A DNA stretch of 11,640 nucleotides, taken from assembly GCA_048941015.1 (NCBI GenBank), contig JBHLNZ010000087.1, forward strand, positions 1 to 11,640, given 5' to 3'. Under the pieces are notes generated by a model. That model searched no databases, was not told where the DNA came from, and saw only the letters and a list, made by a program, of their open reading frames with translations. Below are positions 1 to 5,823 of this stretch, piece after piece. Source of the DNA: Promethearchaeota archaeon (lineage in GTDB: Archaea > Asgardarchaeota > Lokiarchaeia > Sigyniarchaeales > SOKP01). Every line of letters begins with the position of its first letter. The stretch's first letter is position 1. The position numbers were made by a program, and so were the translations under genes.

Positions 1-870
1 CGTTTTTTAAAGCAATGGCAATCTAATCAAATAGATAAGAAAATATTTGACGGTTGGAAGTATGGAATTGATACTAGTTTAATACATAATCAACGAGGGA
101 GAAAATTTGATTATCCTCAATACATTGCAAATGAGGGAATTATAGGTTTTGAAACTCATGTTGGTTGTCCCAATAAATGTCCTTATTGTATTGAAGCAAA
201 TACTCAAGTATTTTTTAAAAAAATCCCAAACATAATAGAAGAATTGAAATATTTAGTAAATCAAGGTTATAATCATTTCCACACATGCGATACGGAATTT
301 AATACAAATTTAAATTACTCAATAGAATTCTGTGAAGCCTTAATTGAACATAAGTTAAATATGAGATGGGCGTTATATATGAAGCCCTATCCTTATAATG
401 AATATCTGTTTCAAGTATTACACGATTCAAATGCTTATCTAATAACACTTTCGGTAGATAGTGATGAACGAATTCAGGCTTTAAATAATTACTCGTATAA
501 AGATTTGGCTAAAATTATCGAATTTTGTAATGAATATGAAATTGATTTAGCAATTGACCTATTAACAGGATATCCTGACGAATCTCTTGAGTCAACAAAA
601 AAATGTCTAAAATTTTTTGAGAACAATCCTCCTAAAACAGTAGGAATAAGTTTTTATTATCGAATATATAAAAATACAGAATTGGCAGAATTAATTCAAA
701 AGGATCCTAACTTACAAACAGATTTAATTACATCCTACACAAATAATAAGAATTACTTATTCCCTATATTTTATAACAATCTCAACCAACAGACTTTAGA
801 AGAATTAATCTCTGATAATGATTTATTTCGAATTGCTGGATTAACTCCAGGAGTAAATTATCAACTATAA
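1..870 (+). CDS. Radical SAM enzyme, probably B12-binding/class B-like; 5' end truncated by the window edge
   Basis: Frame +1 is open from base 1 (RFLKQWQSNQIDKK...GFETHVGCPNKCPYCIEAN...), so the ORF track start at 244 is internal. The CxxxCxxC [4Fe-4S] motif CPNKCPYC is at 166-189. The ET..GCP..C.YC context and the later LLTGYPDES motif are typical of B12-dependent radical SAM proteins. Confidence 0.85.
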   Translation, partial: RFLKQWQSNQIDKKIFDGWKYGIDTSLIHNQRGRKFDYPQYIANEGIIGFETHVGCPNKCPYCIEANTQVFFKKIPNIIEELKYLVNQGYNHFHTCDTEFNTNLNYSIEFCEALIEHKLNMRWALYMKPYPYNEYLFQVLHDSNAYLITLSVDSDERIQALNNYSYKDLAKIIEFCNEYEIDLAIDLLTGYPDESLESTKKCLKFFENNPPKTVGISFYYRIYKNTELAELIQKDPNLQTDLITSYTNNKNYLFPIFYNNLNQQTLEELISDNDLFRIAGLTPGVNYQL

Positions 871-882
871 TGATTAAAATGT

Positions 883-1680
883 TTAAATCAATTGTTTTTG
901 TATATTTAACTTTTTAATTTCAACAACCTTATAATAATGTAAATAAATCTGAAATTCTTGTAAAAATTGGTTTAAAATACTTATTGAAACGAGAGGAATT
1001 TGATTATTATTAAGTCTTATGGCATTTTCTTCAATTGTCACCATAATAGGGATTAATTTTAATGGCAAGTGCTTTTTTATAAAAGGATCTATCCCTAATA
1101 ATTTATAAATTAATCTTGAAAATGCATCAGGATTTTTCTTTAAAGCAACGACGCGTTGATATTGAAGATTTGCTGCTTTATTTATAGAGCTATATAAATC
1201 TTTATGCCTCCATTGTTTTGCATCAATTAATAAAATATGTTTACCATAAATTCCTATTACGTCAATTTCATACTTCTTTTGACCAGTTTTATATTTTAAA
1301 TTTGATTTATCGGAAAATCTAAAGTTTTTTATTGATTCATATTCATTTCGTACTAATATTTCCTGAATTAATGCTTCAAATCCACTAAAATCTAATAATT
1401 CTGAAATTTTTTTAAGTTCAATATCAAGATATTTGATGGATTCAGCAACAAATTTAATCTTATTGATTGATATATAGTCCGTATAATTTCCACGCTTTTT
1501 TTCAATAAATTCAAAATTATCCAAAAATTCATTCAATTCATAATTATTAAATTTTCTTAAGTTATTAATCTCTGAAATTTCATACCAAATTTCAGATACT
1601 TCATTGTCTGTTGCTCTTAAGATTTCATATATCTCATAAAAAAATCGTTTTATAAATGTCGGAGAAAATCGATCTAACAT
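883..1680 (-). CDS. PD-(D/E)xK restriction-endonuclease-like protein (Mrr_cat/NERD-like)
   Basis: 265 aa ORF with the helix motif FEALIQEIL, then EIDVIG and LLIDAKQW, matching the E...D...(D/E)xK catalytic arrangement. Converges on the radical SAM gene with a 12-bp gap. Confidence 0.7.
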   Translation of the reverse strand: MLDRFSPTFIKRFFYEIYEILRATDNEVSEIWYEISEINNLRKFNNYELNEFLDNFEFIEKKRGNYTDYISINKIKFVAESIKYLDIELKKISELLDFSGFEALIQEILVRNEYESIKNFRFSDKSNLKYKTGQKKYEIDVIGIYGKHILLIDAKQWRHKDLYSSINKAANLQYQRVVALKKNPDAFSRLIYKLLGIDPFIKKHLPLKLIPIMVTIEENAIRLNNNQIPLVSISILNQFLQEFQIYLHYYKVVEIKKLNIQKQLI

Positions 1681-1765
1681 AAAACTAATGATTTTAGTTA
1701 TTAATAGAAATGAGATATAAAAAAATAATAATGAATAGAGACTAATAAAAAACTAAATTTTATGG

Positions 1766-2473
1766 CTAATCTTTTATTTTAATTGAGAGGTCAAAATAAG
1801 AATCCTCTTTTTTTTTGGAAACATAAATTTTTTCAACATTACACTCTACTGGTGTTTTTAATTCCCTCTCTAGAACTCCCTCAGTAATGCCACATGCGAT
1901 ATATATATGATATATGTAATCCTCAGAATTTTCTAAAAATAAAGAGTTTTTAAATCGATAAGTTGCTTTTTTCTCTTTAATATTTGAATTTAAAACTGAA
2001 ATTTCAATATTAGGTTGAAATATATCATAAGTAGGGTAAAAATCTTTAAATACTTGAAGATGAATTGTCGAAATTGGATGACCTTTAAAACTTTTCAATT
2101 GTTTATACACTTTAGGACCAAAGGCAAAATCAATTTTATTTACTCCCATTTTCCCTATTTCTTTGAATGCATGCTCTTTATTAGGAAAAAACTCTTTTAA
2201 ACCCATTAAAAGTGATTTATAATATGATAAAACCGTTTTATTTGGAAGATAACTTGATGTAGCACTGAAATATAATTTATATGCTCCAATTTTTCTAGTA
2301 AATACAAGATTTTTGAGTTCAAGTATAGAGACATATTTAGAAACGGTGTTTCTTGAATAACTTTTCAAATCTGCAATATCTGTAATGGTCATCCCTCCGG
2401 GATGATTTCTTATGCTTTCCAGTATCTCAAATTCGTATTCAATACCGGTTCCCTTTTTATTATTACGGCTCAT
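1766..2473 (-). CDS. Winged-HTH transcriptional regulator with a C-terminal V4R/HNOB/Bet3-like domain
   Basis: N-terminal wHTH (ILESIRNHPGGMTITDIADLKSYSRNTVSKYVSILELKNLVFTRKIGAYKLY). The C-terminal half has AFKEIGKMG and YIACGITEGVLERELKTPVECNVE, resembling V4R-fold domains. The HTH call is firm; the V4R call is moderate. Confidence 0.7.
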   Translation of the reverse strand: MSRNNKKGTGIEYEFEILESIRNHPGGMTITDIADLKSYSRNTVSKYVSILELKNLVFTRKIGAYKLYFSATSSYLPNKTVLSYYKSLLMGLKEFFPNKEHAFKEIGKMGVNKIDFAFGPKVYKQLKSFKGHPISTIHLQVFKDFYPTYDIFQPNIEISVLNSNIKEKKATYRFKNSLFLENSEDYIYHIYIACGITEGVLERELKTPVECNVEKIYVSKKKEDSYFDLSIKIKD

Positions 2474-2674
2474 GAATTCATCATTATTTGGTAAATTGGC
2501 ATTTATTTATAATCTTTATTCTTATTATTCTATTAATTTACTAAATAATTTTTTTTTTTTACATTTAATTAACTTCTGTAACGTCTAGAAATAAGTTTAA
2601 TTCTTTCTCAGTAAATTCAGATCTCAATATAATAAGTACAAGACTCTTTTTGAGATAATTTTATTACAATGATA

Positions 2675-2712
2675 AAAAATTAGAGATGATTTTTTGAAGA
2701 AAAATTTAAATA
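2675..2712 (+). promoter_or_regulatory. Archaeal promoter of CD36-like gene 1: upstream box, BRE and TATA
   Basis: GAAAAA (2699-2704) followed by TTTAAATA (2705-2712). The box AAAAATTAGAGATGAT (2675-2690) starts 30 nt before the TATA. The same elements and spacing occur upstream of paralogue 2. Confidence 0.65.
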
Positions 2713-2734
2713 TCACCGAAATTTTAATTTAAAT

Positions 2735-2862
2735 TAGCAAACATTTGATCAACAGTACTGCTCACCCTAAAACAGTAAGCGATTAATTTGTTGATTTTAA
2801 ATGTTTTACTTGGTGAAAAAAAAAATAAAAACTTTGTTATCCTTTAAACGGGAGAAACAATT
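2735..2862 (+). promoter_or_regulatory. Putative structured 5' leader of CD36-like gene 1
   Basis: AAACATTT (2739-2746) can pair with AAATGTTT (2799-2806), and GATCAACAG (2747-2755) with TTGTTGATT (2788-2796). A second hairpin TTGTT-a-TCCT...GGGA-ga-AACAA (2834-2860) covers the SD-like GGGAG. Homologous to 5703-5823. Confidence 0.5.
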
Positions 2863-5310
2863 ATGTCAGAGATAAAAAAGAAAAAATCAATTGGATCTCC
2901 AATTGGAAAGAAGAAAGTTCCTAAGCGACCCAGTAAATTAAAAACAATAAGCGCAATTACTCTTTTAGCTCTTGGGGTTGTCTTAATGCCAACTGGCTTT
3001 CTTTTAAGTGATATTATTCAGGGCGAAATTGATAAGGGGGTTGCGGAACAAGTTCAAGTTCCGCATCCCCATTCATCTGAATACGAAGAATGGGAATCAA
3101 ATGATTATGAGGACGCGCCCGAGCTTTATAAATCATTTTACTTTTGGGATTTAACTAATCCTGAAGAATTTTTAGCAGGGAATACACCAAATTACGTAGA
3201 AGTTGGACCTTTTGTTTTCCGTAACTATAAATACAAGTATGACGTTGATTTTAGCGACAATAAAGATGAGGTTTCCTACAAGGAATATAATTATTTCGTT
3301 CAAGTGGGAGGGGAAGATATTTCAAAAGTAAATATAACTAATATAAATCCCGCTTATATGGGATCTGTAGAATTAGCAGGAGGCACAGAAGAGGAATTAA
3401 TGAAACTAGTTTTCCCGATTTCTCTTGACTTATTAGTGAATATCTTTGAAGAAGATTTTCCTAAAAGAATGGCAGAAGAAGTTTACACATATGACGGTGT
3501 CCTCGATTTAACTGCTGACGCATTATGGATTCAAATCAATGATTTACTTGGAGAATCTTTTGCCGACCTCGCTGCAGTACCTCTTGCAACTATTCTTATG
3601 ACTTTAACGCCCTTTGAAAATATGGTAGCATTGCTGGAAGATTCTATGCCTACAGTACAGGAAATTATATATGAGAAATGGGCAAATGATTATTTTCCCG
3701 ACCTTGAAATAGATATGTCAATTTTATTTCAAATCGATCCTGATAATCCCCCTGACGGATTGGAAGGAATATACTATGATGTACTTAATTTCCTATTTGA
3801 CCAAATTCCTGATCTCGGAATAGCTCTTGGAAGTCTGATGGCACCTGGTTTCCAAGAAGCGAGCAACGATTTATTAAACGAAATGTGTAGTGAAACTGGA
3901 GAAGGTATTGATGTAGATTGGTACCGATGTGGTATTTCAGGTACTGATCCCAAAGATATTAGTCTTGTTGACCGTAGAGTAGTACCTGGTGGTACTGGTC
4001 TTACTTTTGAACAAGTCCAAGCTCTCTGGGATAAAACTAACCCTAATTCACTTACAGGCATGGATTATGAGTTAGGACAAAGGCTATGGTTTGACGCAAT
4101 GGAAGACCCTAGTAAGTTAGACGACATTAAAGCTGAATTTCCATTTTTAAATGGCAAGGATGATGTGATAGGTTATATCTTGGAATGGGTCAATGATGTT
4201 TGTACCACATGGGGAGTAAATGCACTCGAATTCCAAATGAAGGAATATTGGAATTGTTTTGTGTATACTACGCGAACAGTTGAAGAATGGCTTTTCACTG
4301 CTAATGATACTGCTGTATATTATCATTCTAATTACTACCAAAGAAATTTCGATCGTGCTTATATTGGATTTTTACCAAAGTTTTTTGGTCATTGTCAAAA
4401 TACTTTGGAAGCTGAAGCAAATAAAGCTGTAGCAAAATACACTATTAAAACGGGGAGAGATGATGCTAAAGATGTTGGTGAGACTATTGAACGAAATGGT
4501 CAAGATAAAATGTATATATGGGCGGAACCTATTGAAATCGAGGGAACAGATGGTATGCAATTTGGACCTGATGTAACTGAAGAGGATACTCTCAAAGTAT
4601 TCTCCCGAGATCTATTGAGAACGGTTGAGTTGGAATATGATGAACCTGATGAAATATATGATATAGATCTACTACGATTTGAACTTTCAGAAGATCTTTT
4701 TGAACCTAATCCAACTTATTTAATGGATACTCAATTAATCAATGCAGCTCCAGTTGCAAATCTGCTATTGGGAGTAAATGCACCTGTTATGATAAGTAAA
4801 CCTCATTTTCTCGGCGCAGATATCTCTATACTAAAAGGTGTTAATGGAATGAATCCTAATAGTGATTATCATGATACTTATATTGATGTAGAACCAATAA
4901 CTGGACTTACTATGAACGCAAAACAACGAATTCAAATGAACTTAGATGTATCCCCCTCTGGAGTGTACTTAAAAGACGTCAATAGGACAATAATACCAAT
5001 ATATTGGTGTGAGGATAGTGGGGAAATCTCAGAAGATTTGGCAGAAACATTTAAAGAGCTTGTCTATGGTGCGATTGAATTAAAGGAAACCGTCCCCTTA
5101 ATGGGACTTGCTGCAGGCGCAGCTCTCTGTATTCCTGGAGCTGCCTTAACGACGTCCCAAACAATCAAAAGAAGAAAGATTAAAAAAGCAGGTTTGGCTA
5201 AAGACGATAAATTAAAACAAAAAGGTAAAATTACAAAACGAAAAGTTTTAGAAGATAAAAAAGCTCCAAACCTTAAAACTAGCGAAGTTTCTGAATCCAA
5301 GAGCGAATAA
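2863..5310 (+). CDS. CD36/SR-BI/LIMP-2 family (class B scavenger receptor-like) two-TM membrane protein, paralogue 1 (815 aa)
   Basis: Basic N-tail, TM1 (~aa 29-49), large acidic ectodomain, TM2 (PLMGLAAGAALCIPGAAL) and a Lys-rich C-tail. Family motifs appear in the expected order: FYFWDLTNPEEFLAGNTPNYVEVGPFVFR, ITNINP, TRTVEEWLF, YTIKTGRDD, IEGTDGMQFGP, APVMISKPHFLGAD, HDTYIDVEPITGLTMNAKQRIQMN, IIPIYW. Confidence 0.9.
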   Translation: MSEIKKKKSIGSPIGKKKVPKRPSKLKTISAITLLALGVVLMPTGFLLSDIIQGEIDKGVAEQVQVPHPHSSEYEEWESNDYEDAPELYKSFYFWDLTNPEEFLAGNTPNYVEVGPFVFRNYKYKYDVDFSDNKDEVSYKEYNYFVQVGGEDISKVNITNINPAYMGSVELAGGTEEELMKLVFPISLDLLVNIFEEDFPKRMAEEVYTYDGVLDLTADALWIQINDLLGESFADLAAVPLATILMTLTPFENMVALLEDSMPTVQEIIYEKWANDYFPDLEIDMSILFQIDPDNPPDGLEGIYYDVLNFLFDQIPDLGIALGSLMAPGFQEASNDLLNEMCSETGEGIDVDWYRCGISGTDPKDISLVDRRVVPGGTGLTFEQVQALWDKTNPNSLTGMDYELGQRLWFDAMEDPSKLDDIKAEFPFLNGKDDVIGYILEWVNDVCTTWGVNALEFQMKEYWNCFVYTTRTVEEWLFTANDTAVYYHSNYYQRNFDRAYIGFLPKFFGHCQNTLEAEANKAVAKYTIKTGRDDAKDVGETIERNGQDKMYIWAEPIEIEGTDGMQFGPDVTEEDTLKVFSRDLLRTVELEYDEPDEIYDIDLLRFELSEDLFEPNPTYLMDTQLINAAPVANLLLGVNAPVMISKPHFLGADISILKGVNGMNPNSDYHDTYIDVEPITGLTMNAKQRIQMNLDVSPSGVYLKDVNRTIIPIYWCEDSGEISEDLAETFKELVYGAIELKETVPLMGLAAGAALCIPGAALTTSQTIKRRKIKKAGLAKDDKLKQKGKITKRKVLEDKKAPNLKTSEVSESKSE

Positions 5311-5320
5311 TTCACCTAAT

Positions 5321-5346
5321 GGGAATTTAAATTCCCTTTTTTTTTT
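5321..5346 (+). terminator. Hairpin + T10 terminator of paralogue 1
   Basis: GGGAATTTAAATTCCC (perfect inverted repeat, 5321-5336) directly followed by 10 T, 10 nt after the stop codon. An equivalent element follows paralogue 2. Confidence 0.8.
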
Positions 5347-5642
5347 CACATTCATATTAAACAAATCTAAAAAGAAGTACTTATGATATGATAGTTGCAA
5401 TAAGATTTTTTTTAACAATAAAAGACATCACAATTTTAATATTCTATTCGCAACGCTTATCTAAATTCCCTTTTAGTTTTTTATTTTGAAAATTATTGAT
5501 TTTATAAGTAAAATAAGAGTTTTTTTTCTTATATAATTAAGTTCTGATGATATTAGAGAATATTTTAGATTATTCATTTTATATTAAGATTTAAAAAAAA
5601 TAGGAATAATCTATTTTTTAATATAGTAGGATTAGGTTTAAG

Positions 5643-5680
5643 AAAAATTAGAGATTATCACTCAAAGAAAAATTTATATA
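5643..5680 (+). promoter_or_regulatory. Archaeal promoter of CD36-like gene 2: upstream box, BRE and TATA
   Basis: AAAAATTAGAGATTAT (5643-5658), then GAAAAA (5667-5672) and TTTATATA (5673-5680). Spacing is identical to the first copy. Confidence 0.65.
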
Positions 5681-5702
5681 TTATTGAATTCTATTTTTAA
5701 AT

Positions 5703-5823
5703 TAGTAAAATGTTTGATCAACAGTATAGCTCACCATTTATTTATATGTGATGAGTTGCTGGTATTAAATGTTTTACTAGGTGAAAAAAAAAGATTGTTA
5801 TCCTTTAAACGGGGGAAACAATT
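5703..5823 (+). promoter_or_regulatory. Putative structured 5' leader of CD36-like gene 2
   Basis: TAGTAAAATGTTT (5703-5715) pairs with AAATGTTTTACTA (5767-5779) over 13 bp with two G-U pairs. Inner pairings CAGTA/TGCTG and GCTCA/TGAGT are also possible. The hairpin ATTGTT...AACAAT covers the SD-like GGGGG. Confidence 0.5.

Noticed and set aside
244-870. ORF-track start at 244 (208 aa)
   Set aside because: The frame is open from base 1 and the CxxxCxxC motif lies upstream at 166-189, so the true start is outside the window.
883-1680. Restriction-modification or defence island around the nuclease
   Set aside because: No methyltransferase, other defence gene or mobility gene is present in the window.
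2015-2200. 61-aa + strand ORF
   Set aside because: It is antisense and internal to the HTH regulator, with no recognisable motif.
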